Assembly (NCBI GenBank): GCA_028711655.1
Contig: JAQTRU010000002.1
Span: forward strand, 1-48,191
Source of the DNA: Patescibacteria group bacterium
Lineage (GTDB): Bacteria; Patescibacteriota; Patescibacteriia; Patescibacteriales; JAQTRU01
Length of the DNA stretch: 48,191 nucleotides
Reading direction: 5' to 3'
Position numbers and translations under genes: made by a program
Shown here: positions 41,101 to 48,191 of the stretch, one piece after another
How the letters are laid out: each line of letters opens with the position of its first letter
Numbering within the stretch: the stretch's first letter is position 1
Notes under the pieces: model-generated
Told to the model about the DNA's origin: nothing
Seen by the model: only the letters and a program-made list of their open reading frames with translations
Database searches by the model: none

Positions 41101-42343
41101 TTTTATTACTTTGTCTTTGGCCGATGAATTAAGCCAGCAAACGGGAGAGGTAAGCTTTCAAGATGTGGAGAAATTGACCGGGGAGCTCTCGGAGCAGGAA
41201 GAAACCGGGAAAGCCGAGAGTTTGTTAGAATTGGCTTCGCAGGCGGTTAATAAGGCGATGGATGTTATTAAGCAGACAGTTTCAAAAGTCTCAATCGGAT
41301 CTCTGGAATCAACTTTGATGCTCCAGCAAAGCTCCATAGAGGAATTAGCCAGAACGATTCCGGCCCCTGTTTTGTCCGGAGAACCCCGCGTGTTAACTAC
41401 AGCCAAGACCGCCACCGTCATTTGGCAAACAGACAAGGAAGCCAATTCGCTGGTGGCGATTGCGCCGGAGGGCGAATACAAAGCCGCTTCCGCCGATCCC
41501 TATTTGCAGGTAATCGGCAATTCAACGGAAAGAATCAGGGATCATATAGTGGCAATTTACGATTTGCGGCCGGATACCATTTACCATTACCAGTTAAGAA
41601 GCCAGGGTCCGATCGGGCCGGAAGCCAGATCCGGAAATTTCACCTTCCGCACCGCCAAAGAAGTTCTGGAAATCGGCAATTACGCTATCCAAAACATTTC
41701 CACCACCGAAGCCGCGTTTAAATGGGTGACTAATGTGGAGGCGGATTCCACGGTCAGATATACCCCTTACCGGAATAATACGCTGGTCCGGGAAGAAGCT
41801 CGCACTAAATATGACAAAGCCATTACCACCATTCACGAAGTGAACGTTGACGATTTTGAACCCGGGGTTATTTATCGGGTGGAGCTTTTGAGCGTTGATA
41901 TAGACAAAAACGCCACCAGCAAAACCATAGATTCTTTTTCCACCTCCGAAGACGACCTGCCTCCGATTATTTACCAGGTCCAGACCAGTTCGGCCATTTC
42001 CCCAGGCAAAGACATAAAAATCCAGACCATTATTTCCTGGCTTACCAATGAGCCGTCCACCACCAGAGTTTATTATCAGGCCGGCATCGCTTCCCCGGAA
42101 GAAGCAATGGCGGAGGCCACCAATCTGGACGCTAACTATTCCAAGAAGCACGTGGCGGTTATTACTAAATTTGAACCGGGCAAAATTTATTCTTTCCGGG
42201 TGGAGAGCATTGATTCGGGCGGCAACGTTTCCATGTCTAAAATTTACACTATTCTTACTCCCCGTCAGAGCGAATCGGTTTTCCAAGTTATTATGAAAAA
42301 TGTGGAAGACGTTTTCGGCTGGGTTGGAAAAATGAAAAAGTAA
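38111..42343 (+). CDS. 1410-aa secreted/surface protein with multiple FN3 (purple-acid-phosphatase-N-like) repeats
   Basis: Signal peptide ending AKA|A; two ~110-aa N-terminal modules; Ig-like segments; then about seven repeats of the pattern A.I.W.T.E..DS.V.YG...........H.V.L..L...T.YYY.V.S.D..GN (roughly 39824-42260), interrupted by two helical linkers. Confidence 0.85.
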   Translation: MLNFFKPKITIIFPVIIAVVFGFFYFANQAKAATTGTTTSAVYDAGSEIPTNMLSWSETKPANTSIVMQARAGNVAVPDETWTSWITVSNGVPTNDIGTKRYLQYQAILTSDDDASWPFLNDVTWGYTNVLGNLISSAYDSGDAANVLAGIAWTETLPGSSDIKFQLRTSPNGSDWGAWLGPTGADDYYTDPAGGETINSTHADTSDDQWFQYKVFFISDDGINNPTLSDVTISYVVNAPPSIQNVTAVQGSDGVVDISYEIKDTDATSGTVTKNYVTPTFQYSLNAGSSWTSIATTSIDFGDAPENGEVTDTDGDGDIDNKVLEDSFLTYTATWVASTTISDVYSAEFQIKVIINDNELANATASSTSSSGILDTTAPASASLNIYATSTPATLALSATDDSSMQMRISLDSGFSGASWENYSAESTISLATDPDTVYAEFKDAYGNVSAVNATTPPTPLNSMVQDISNLALDTPTYGLFIAWGVVSEPTHSFSSYQVYHSTDGSTYTLESAITDRTENYYADFELVEDSVHYYKIVTIDANSNTSGYSSVVTGTANGVQDGTEGGGGVETTPPVISSVASSGVTTQSATITWDTDELADSRVEYITSSGGDFSGAPYVGVTSMLDTAAGVGEHSVTLSGLSSGATYYYKVKSTDVYGNMASSTLGVDGYSFTTLSGPVISNVSAVETGNNTARIDWITDISSNSYVVYSANSDMSGSTETGTTAEVTSHSVTISELTEGTKYYYYVKSGVAQDKNIVSGIVQYYSFTTSLDSTAPNITAGPTASPVADTSAVISWTTNEASDSQVDYGTVSGNYTLSETSSSLNTSHAVVLSDLTADTVYYYKVTSTDANDNATSSAEYNFTTLETLSEESAVAAREEIARQAGEDSVETTSPGGGIVYVTVPSSGGDTTAPAISDVSVSDITSDSAIVTWKTDENSDSFVEYGGSYGYGYTQGQRGSAMSHRVKLNWLSPQTTYYYRVTSADSAGNLARGTGATFITLSLADELSQQTGEVSFQDVEKLTGELSEQEETGKAESLLELASQAVNKAMDVIKQTVSKVSIGSLESTLMLQQSSIEELARTIPAPVLSGEPRVLTTAKTATVIWQTDKEANSLVAIAPEGEYKAASADPYLQVIGNSTERIRDHIVAIYDLRPDTIYHYQLRSQGPIGPEARSGNFTFRTAKEVLEIGNYAIQNISTTEAAFKWVTNVEADSTVRYTPYRNNTLVREEARTKYDKAITTIHEVNVDDFEPGVIYRVELLSVDIDKNATSKTIDSFSTSEDDLPPIIYQVQTSSAISPGKDIKIQTIISWLTNEPSTTRVYYQAGIASPEEAMAEATNLDANYSKKHVAVITKFEPGKIYSFRVESIDSGGNVSMSKIYTILTPRQSESVFQVIMKNVEDVFGWVGKMKK

Positions 42344-42387
42344 GCCAAATATCAAAAAATAAAAAAGCCGCCGTTATTCAATAATAT

Positions 42388-43737
42388 ATGGGACAAACAA
42401 ACGCGCTGATAAAAATAAAAGATTTAAATGTTACTTATTTTTCGGGCAAGCCGAACGAAGTAAGAGCTTTGAAGAAGATTAATTTGGAAATTTACCCGGG
42501 CGAGTTTGTTATTTTTTTTGGGCCGTCCGGCTGCGGGAAGTCAACTTTGCTTTATTCAATCGCCGGCCTGGAAACAAACATCACCGGGGATATTTATGTC
42601 GGCGGCAAAAACATCGCAAAACTTAATTGCAGAGAAACGGAAGAATTTCATCAAAAAAGGACGGGGATGATTTTCCAAGCTTATTATTTGGTTGATTCCT
42701 TAAATGTTTTGGAAAATGTTATTTTACCGCAGATGGCTGTCGGCGCGGATAAAAAAGAAAGGGAGAAAAAGGCCTTAGAGCTTTTAGGCCATTTTGGGGT
42801 AAAAGAACAGGCGGATAAATTTCCTAACGAGCTTTCCGGCGGGCAGCAGCAGAGGGTGGCCATAAGCCGGGCTCTGGTAAATAATCCGGAAATATTGCTG
42901 GCTGACGAGCCTCTTGGAAATCTGGATTCAAAAGCGGCCCAAGACGTCATGTCCCTCTTGGCCGACCTTAACGAAAGAAGCAAAAAAACCGTTATTTTGG
43001 TGACCCATAATCCCGCCTTTTTAAATATTGCCCATCGGGTATTTTATGTAAAAGATGGGGCGATTGTGGACACAAGGGTTAACGAAGAAAGGAAAAAAAT
43101 TGCCGCCAGGCCGGAAGATAAAGAAGCCGAAGCTCCTATTTCCAAAGAATTGGAGATGCTGGCCAGGACCTTCTCCGGCATTTCCGGAGCGGCGGGAAGC
43201 TTATTAATACCGTTTAAAGCCAAGCAGATCGTTTCCGAGGTTTTGCTGGAAATGAGCGGAGAAGAAGTCGGGGCGATTGAGAAAAAAGTTGAAAATTTGC
43301 TGATTGCCGGAATGCGAAGCATAGAAGATTCATTTTTCAAATACCTTGACGAAGAAATTGAAAAAGGGGGATTGGGCATGGACAAAAGGTCGGCTCGGCG
43401 CGTTTCCGATCAAGTGAAAGATATAATGAAGGAAATAAGCATTTTGGAAAAGATGGACAGGGAAATTTCTTCCGGCAAAAGATCCTGGCAGAATGCGGAC
43501 ATAGAACAAATAAGAGGCTATCTCTTGGATAGTTTTCGCCTTAAAGTGTCTGATCCGCTTTCTCTGAAAATAATGGACGGCGCGATAAAAATGAGAGTAA
43601 CCAGCAAAATAGACAAGGAAGGATTTTTCAAAAAAATAGATTTGCCCTTGAAAGAGGGCGGAGCGGGGATAGACAAGAGGGTTACGAAAAAAATCGCTAG
43701 AAGATTAGAATTATTGATTTTAGGAAAATATAAATAA
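42388..43737 (+). CDS. MacB/LolD-type ABC transporter ATP-binding protein with ~220-aa C-terminal extension
   Basis: GPSGCGKST (Walker A), LSGGQQQRVAISRAL (signature), LLADEPLGNLD (Walker B), VTHN (H-loop). About 220 further residues carry two GG(L/A)G(M/I)DKR motifs. Confidence 0.85.
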   Translation: MGQTNALIKIKDLNVTYFSGKPNEVRALKKINLEIYPGEFVIFFGPSGCGKSTLLYSIAGLETNITGDIYVGGKNIAKLNCRETEEFHQKRTGMIFQAYYLVDSLNVLENVILPQMAVGADKKEREKKALELLGHFGVKEQADKFPNELSGGQQQRVAISRALVNNPEILLADEPLGNLDSKAAQDVMSLLADLNERSKKTVILVTHNPAFLNIAHRVFYVKDGAIVDTRVNEERKKIAARPEDKEAEAPISKELEMLARTFSGISGAAGSLLIPFKAKQIVSEVLLEMSGEEVGAIEKKVENLLIAGMRSIEDSFFKYLDEEIEKGGLGMDKRSARRVSDQVKDIMKEISILEKMDREISSGKRSWQNADIEQIRGYLLDSFRLKVSDPLSLKIMDGAIKMRVTSKIDKEGFFKKIDLPLKEGGAGIDKRVTKKIARRLELLILGKYK

Positions 43738-43738
43738 T

Positions 43739-44938
43739 ATGGGGATTTTGGACTTAATTTCATTATCAATCAGAATGTTTAAAAACAGGCCTTTAAGGAC
43801 TTTTTTAACCGTTTTGGGCGTAAGCGTCGGCATCGGCACGGTTTTGTTTTTGGTTTCCCTGGGCTATGGTTTGCAAAAAACTATTTTAAGCAGAATCACT
43901 ACCGCTGATTCCTTGTTGAGCCTAGATGTAAGCCCGGGGGCGGAGAGATTAATCACCTTGACCGACAAAGACGTTGAAGAAATTTCTCGGATTAAAGAGG
44001 TGGAAGAAGTGAGCGTTTCCATCCATCTGACCGGCCAGCTAGCGGCCAATGATCTCACCGGCGACGGCCTGGTTGAAGCGGTTGACCCGTCATTTTTTCG
44101 TTTGAGCGGCCTTAGGGCGGATAAGGGAGAGATGTTTGAATCCGACAACAGATATGAAGCGGTTATTTCCACGGCTGGAGCGCGATTGTTCAATTTGGAT
44201 TCGGAGCAGGTTATCGGCGAGAATATTTCCCTGGTTCTATTTGTGCCGAAGTTGTCGGAGGAAGGCTTTGAAGAGGTTGAGGTGGCGAAGAGGGAGGAAG
44301 AATATAAAATTGTCGGGGTTATTGAAAACGAAAGCGCTAATTATATTTTTATACCCAGGCGGACAATAAGCGATTTGGGAATCAGCCAGTATAATGAACT
44401 AAAAGTCAAGGTTTCGGCTAACGAACATATAGCCGGAGTAAGGGATGAAATTATTGATAAAGGATTTTTGGTTTCTTCTTTGTCGGACACAATTGACCAA
44501 GCCAATAAGATATTTAGAATTATTCAGATTATTTTAGCCTTGTTCGGGTTGGTTGCCCTGGTTGTTTCGGCTATCGGCATGTTTAACACTATGACGATTA
44601 CTTTGCTGGAAAGGATCAATGAAATCGGCATTATGCGGGCAATCGGAGTCACGGGGAGAGATATTAGGCTATTGTTCTTAATGGAGTCGGCCATAATGGG
44701 TTTTTTGGGGGGCGTGGGAGGGATTATAGTGGGTTATTTGGCCAGTAAAGCCGCCAACATAGGAATTAATATTTTAGCCAGGATTTTTGGCGGGCAGTCC
44801 CTGGATTTGTTTTATAACCCGCCCTGGTTTATCGCGGTGATTATAGTTTTTTCAACTTTGATCGGGTTCATAACCGGAGTCTATCCTTCCAATAAAGCCG
44901 GCAAGCTAAATCCCTTAACGGCTTTGCGCTATAAATAA
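43739..44938 (+). CDS. ABC transporter permease, FtsX/MacB type
   Basis: TM1, a ~220-aa extracytoplasmic domain, then three C-terminal TMs with the FtsX-type segment ERINEIGIMRAIGVTGRDI and PSNKAGKLNPLTALRY. Confidence 0.85.
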   Translation: MGILDLISLSIRMFKNRPLRTFLTVLGVSVGIGTVLFLVSLGYGLQKTILSRITTADSLLSLDVSPGAERLITLTDKDVEEISRIKEVEEVSVSIHLTGQLAANDLTGDGLVEAVDPSFFRLSGLRADKGEMFESDNRYEAVISTAGARLFNLDSEQVIGENISLVLFVPKLSEEGFEEVEVAKREEEYKIVGVIENESANYIFIPRRTISDLGISQYNELKVKVSANEHIAGVRDEIIDKGFLVSSLSDTIDQANKIFRIIQIILALFGLVALVVSAIGMFNTMTITLLERINEIGIMRAIGVTGRDIRLLFLMESAIMGFLGGVGGIIVGYLASKAANIGINILARIFGGQSLDLFYNPPWFIAVIIVFSTLIGFITGVYPSNKAGKLNPLTALRYK

Positions 44939-45643
44939 ATGAAACCAAAAATACTCTTAGGATTAACAACAACTTATAAATCGGACTGGCGGGCCAAAGT
45001 TAAAGAAATTGATGAATTGTGTTTAAAAGAAATTGCGCTTTTTCCGACCTGCCTGGAAATTAAAGAACGAAAAGAACTTTATAAATTGTTGGAAAAAACT
45101 GGCTTAAAGAGAATCCCCGTTGTTCATGCCAGGCATGATTTTAAAAAATGGGAGTTTTCTTATTTAATGAAAAAATATAAAACAAAATTTTTCAATACTC
45201 ATTTTGACAAGGTGAACAAAAATTTTTTAGCCGAAAGCAAGGGGTATTTGAAAAAAATTTATTTGGAAAACCATATTGATTTTTCAGATGACGATTTTTG
45301 TTTATTGGATGTTTTTGCCGGCTTTTGTCTGGACGTAAGCCATTGGCATGATTATAACCATATTCAGAAATTGGAGAATCATAAAAAGTTCCCAAAAATT
45401 TTGAAAAAATATAAAATTGGCTTCTGCCACATATCGGCCATGGGCAAAAAACCATTTTTTGAAATTGAGAACGGAAAAAAGGTAAAATATTATAACAGCC
45501 ATTGGCTAAAAAATTTATCTGAATTGGATTATGTTAAAAAATATAAAAAATATTTGGCCAGATTTTGCGCGCTTGAGCTGGAAAATTCCTTCAAAAGGCA
45601 ATTGGAAGCGAAAAAATACTTGGAAAAAATTTTATCCAGTTAA
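44939..45643 (+). CDS. hypothetical protein, visibly more AT-rich than its neighbours (possible xylose-isomerase-like TIM barrel)
   Basis: Starts on the base after the permease stop. CLDVSHWHDY and CHISA weakly resemble TIM-barrel AP-endonuclease-2 / sugar-isomerase metal motifs. Confidence 0.55.
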   Translation: MKPKILLGLTTTYKSDWRAKVKEIDELCLKEIALFPTCLEIKERKELYKLLEKTGLKRIPVVHARHDFKKWEFSYLMKKYKTKFFNTHFDKVNKNFLAESKGYLKKIYLENHIDFSDDDFCLLDVFAGFCLDVSHWHDYNHIQKLENHKKFPKILKKYKIGFCHISAMGKKPFFEIENGKKVKYYNSHWLKNLSELDYVKKYKKYLARFCALELENSFKRQLEAKKYLEKILSS

Positions 45644-45712
45644 ATATTTTTTTCCGGAAACCCCCTATAAAAAAGCAGGGAGGAGGGCCTGTTTTTCTTT
45701 TATTTTATTCTA

Positions 45713-45721
45713 TGTTATAAT
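45713..45721 (+). promoter_or_regulatory. extended -10 element giving a leaderless REC transcript
   Basis: TGtTATAAT ends 6 nt before ATG 45728, the same geometry as holB; no SD. Confidence 0.45.
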
Positions 45722-45727
45722 ACCAAT

Positions 45728-46132
45728 ATGGCTAAAAAAATATTTATAATTGAGGATGATGTTAATATTTTGTCCAGTTTGCAGGCAAAATTCAGCTTGG
45801 AGGGCTTTCAGGTTGAAGCTAATAGCGGCAACATGGAAATCGGGGGTTTGTTTGCGGAAATAAAGAAAATCAAGCCAGATTTTATTATTTTGGACTTGAT
45901 TTTGCCGGCTATTGACGGTTTCGACATAATAAAAGCCATAAAAGCGGACGAAGAAACCTCTTGTTTGCCGATATTCATCTTTACCAACCTAAGCGATCAG
46001 TATAGCCAGAATTTGAGTCTGAAATTGGGAGCAAAATATTATTTTATAAAAAGCGATTTCAATATTGATGAATTTGTTGATAAAGTTAAAAAAATTATTG
46101 CCAATGTAGAAAAAATTAAGCAAGAGCCTTAA
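45728..46132 (+). CDS. stand-alone response regulator receiver (REC-only)
   Basis: IFIIEDDVNI (acidic pair), IILDLILPAIDGFDII (phospho-acceptor Asp), IFIFTNLSD and YFIKS (conserved Lys). 134 aa with no output domain. Confidence 0.8.
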   Translation: MAKKIFIIEDDVNILSSLQAKFSLEGFQVEANSGNMEIGGLFAEIKKIKPDFIILDLILPAIDGFDIIKAIKADEETSCLPIFIFTNLSDQYSQNLSLKLGAKYYFIKSDFNIDEFVDKVKKIIANVEKIKQEP

Positions 46133-46137
46133 TTATT

Positions 46138-48099
46138 ATGAAAAAATTTTGGAAAAAAGCAATAATAATATTTTTATTGATAATTGCGGCTTTGTCCGTA
46201 TTTTTTATTGCGGGCAGAAAAAAAGAAATTGAATATACAACCGTGGCGGTTGAAAGGGGGAAATTGGTCCAAACAGTAAGCGAAGTGGGCGCGGTCAAGG
46301 CTTCCCAGAGAATTGAGTTGAGTTTTTTGCAAAGCGGGAAAATCGGGAAAATATTGGTCCAAATAGGCGACAAGGTAAAACAAGATCAAGTTCTGGCAGA
46401 ATTGGATTACAGCTCTTTTTCCATAAAAGAACAGGAGGCCCTGGCCAATTTGGAAGTGGCTAACGCCAATTTGAATAAATTGCTGTCCGGCGCCACTTCC
46501 GTGGAAATCGCCGTTTCCCAGGCCCAGGTTAACCAAGCTAAGGCGACTTATTTGGCCAGTTTGGACGAGCTGGATAAAGTGAAAAAAACCGTGGCGGAGG
46601 ATATTTCCCAGGCGGAAAAAAATTTGGCCGATTTGGAGTCTGATAAGGCCGAAGACATTACTTCCTATGAGCAGGCCTTGTCTTTGGCAGAAACTGATTT
46701 AGCCAATGCCAAGAGCACTTACCAGCAGTCAATCAACAATAAAAGAAGCGTAGCCCTGACAACCGTTGACAATAAATTGGTAATAGCCAATACCGCTCTT
46801 GACAGCATTAATACGATTTTAAATGACAGTGATGCCGAAGAGCCGCTTAAAGCTAAAAATGCCAGTTATTTATCCAGCACCAAAAGCGCCTATGCGGACG
46901 CTTCGGGATTGCTGGCAGCAGCTAACAGTAGCCTGTCAACGGCTAAGGCGGGCGGAACAAATTCAGAGGCGATTGCCGTAAGCTTAAACTCTCTTACCGC
47001 TTTAAATAAAATTTTTGAGGCTCTGGATTATTGTTATAAAGCTCTGGAAAACAGCGTTGTGTCTTCGGCTTTCACCCAGACCGACCTTGACGCTTACAAG
47101 ACTTCCATCAGCGCCCAGATTACGGCTATCAGCACGGCAATTTCCGCTGTCCAGACCGCCCAACATAATTTAGAAGACGCAATTTTAGCTTACCAGACAG
47201 GGGTGGCGGAAGCCGAGGATAATCTGGCTAAAGCCAAAACGGATTTGGCCAACGCTATAAAATCGGCCAAAAATACCTTAGCCTCGGTTCGGCTGGCCGG
47301 AGAACAAAAGGTGGCGGCCGCCCAGTCAAAAGCCGATACCAGCCAGGAGGCCTGGCTGGTGGCCAAAGCCCAACTGGAAAACATTAAATCTCCGGCTCGG
47401 ACCCAGGATATATCCTTATATCAAGCCCAGGTCAAGCAAGCCGAAGCCGTTTTGGCGTTGGCAAAAAAACAGATTGAAGACAGTTTAATAAAAGCGCCGA
47501 TTGACGGCACAGTAGTGAAAATTGATTATAAAGTCGGAGAACAGGCAGCGGCGGCCAAACCGGCCATAGCTATTTTGGGTGAAAACAACTTTGAAATTGA
47601 AGTTGATATTTCCGAGGCTGATATTGCCAAAGTAAAAAAGGACAATTCGGCCGAGATTACTTTAGACGCTTTTGGGGATGAAGTGAAAATCTTCGGGAAA
47701 GTTTATTCCATAGAGCCGGCGGAAACCGTTATCCAGGATATAATTTATTACAAACTTAAAATTCAATTTGTTTTCGGGCAAAACGGCTTAAATATGGAGG
47801 GCGAGGATTTTGAAGCGGAGTTTGCGGGGAAAGACAAAGAAAAATTAGCCTATATAAAGCCCGGCATGACCGCCAATGTTATTATTACCACCGCGTCCCG
47901 GGAAAACGTTTTAATCATGCCGTCCCGGGCGGTAATAGAAAAAAATAACGGTGAAAGATACGTAAGGATTTTGGTTGACAAAACAGTCGTTGAGGAGCCG
48001 GTAAAAATCGGTCTGCGGGGCGACGGAGGCATGGTTGAAGTTTTGTCCGGAGTTAAAGAGGGCGATCAGGTTATAACTTTTATAAAAAACGTAAAATAA
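46138..48099 (+). CDS. HlyD/MacA-family periplasmic adaptor with a greatly expanded coiled-coil hairpin
   Basis: N-terminal TM, lipoyl/barrel-sandwich halves (VSEVGAVKASQRIELSF..SGKIGKILV..GDKVKQDQVLAELD and IKAPIDGTVVKIDYKVGE), beta-barrel and membrane-proximal domains. About 350 aa of Ala/Leu/Gln-rich helix lie between the lipoyl halves. Confidence 0.8.
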   Translation: MKKFWKKAIIIFLLIIAALSVFFIAGRKKEIEYTTVAVERGKLVQTVSEVGAVKASQRIELSFLQSGKIGKILVQIGDKVKQDQVLAELDYSSFSIKEQEALANLEVANANLNKLLSGATSVEIAVSQAQVNQAKATYLASLDELDKVKKTVAEDISQAEKNLADLESDKAEDITSYEQALSLAETDLANAKSTYQQSINNKRSVALTTVDNKLVIANTALDSINTILNDSDAEEPLKAKNASYLSSTKSAYADASGLLAAANSSLSTAKAGGTNSEAIAVSLNSLTALNKIFEALDYCYKALENSVVSSAFTQTDLDAYKTSISAQITAISTAISAVQTAQHNLEDAILAYQTGVAEAEDNLAKAKTDLANAIKSAKNTLASVRLAGEQKVAAAQSKADTSQEAWLVAKAQLENIKSPARTQDISLYQAQVKQAEAVLALAKKQIEDSLIKAPIDGTVVKIDYKVGEQAAAAKPAIAILGENNFEIEVDISEADIAKVKKDNSAEITLDAFGDEVKIFGKVYSIEPAETVIQDIIYYKLKIQFVFGQNGLNMEGEDFEAEFAGKDKEKLAYIKPGMTANVIITTASRENVLIMPSRAVIEKNNGERYVRILVDKTVVEEPVKIGLRGDGGMVEVLSGVKEGDQVITFIKNVK

Positions 48100-48135
48100 A
48101 ATTTAACGGTAATTTTTAACAAGGAATATAAAAAA

Positions 48136-48191
48136 ATGTCAGTTCCATTGATTCAGGCAAAAGATCTAAAAAAAGAATACTGGACAGATGA
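48136..48191 (+). CDS. start of a second ABC ATP-binding protein (truncated by the window edge)
   Basis: MSVPLIQAKDLKKEYWTD is the typical N-terminal strand of MacB/LolD-type ATPases; only 18 codons are visible. Confidence 0.45.
   Translation, partial: MSVPLIQAKDLKKEYWTD

Noticed and set aside
41594-42355. 253-aa minus-strand ORF, plus the other ORFs at 38114-38428(-), 41158-41481(-), 41422-41721(+) and 42048-42296(+)
   Set aside because: All lie within the 1410-aa FN3 gene. Their products are Gly/Arg/Asn-rich and motif-free, whereas the + strand frame shows repeated FN3 periodicity.
1-48191. rRNA, tRNA, tmRNA, RNase P or SRP RNA genes in the spacers
   Set aside because: All spacers over 80 nt were read on both strands. 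None shows cloverleaf-compatible arms or the conserved boxes of these RNAs; they are explained by promoters, terminators and oligomer repeats.

Overview
Gene-dense bacterial chromosomal segment of 48.2 kb, moderately AT-rich by eye. It holds about 45 protein genes, all but two on the + strand, and uses the standard code (TGA acts as a stop at 2314-2316, 15424-15426 and 20121-20123). I found no rRNA, tRNA, CRISPR array, transposase or integrase. Housekeeping genes: holB, frr, rseP, hpf, secA, type-2 ileS, ruvA, a short proS without an INS editing domain, mreB/mreC/mreD, maf, lemA plus a TPM-domain gene, a HIT protein, a pilin-like gene and a ParB-like gene. Glycan genes: a partial B12-binding radical SAM gene, SDR, KdsC-like phosphatase, NeuB-like synthase, initiating sugar transferase, PfkB kinase, RmlC-like epimerase and rfbB. 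The 3' third (36.4-48.2 kb) is a co-oriented envelope cluster: a Cys-rich membrane protein, a 1410-aa multi-FN3 surface protein, a MacB-type ATPase with an extra C-terminal domain, an FtsX-type permease, an AT-rich unknown, a REC-only regulator, a HlyD adaptor with a very long coiled coil, and the start of a second ABC ATPase. Gene content and style (few Shine-Dalgarno sites, leaderless-type promoters, orphan pilin, giant surface protein, trimmed aaRS) suggest a small-genome CPR/Patescibacteria-like organism; that is inference only. The most unusual sequence-level signal is that intergenic spacers are filled with families of short oligomer and palindromic repeats. The same elements also sit in frame inside conserved genes (ileS twice, secA, pfkB, the ThiI-like gene) and supply the stop codons of two genes in different frames. 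Other observations: a T8 homopolymer frameshift splitting a small gene between mreB and mreC, two unannotated sub-60-aa ORFs, and a tight ASCH / unknown / ThiI-like trio downstream of ileS. All functional calls come from reading motifs by eye; no database search was possible.
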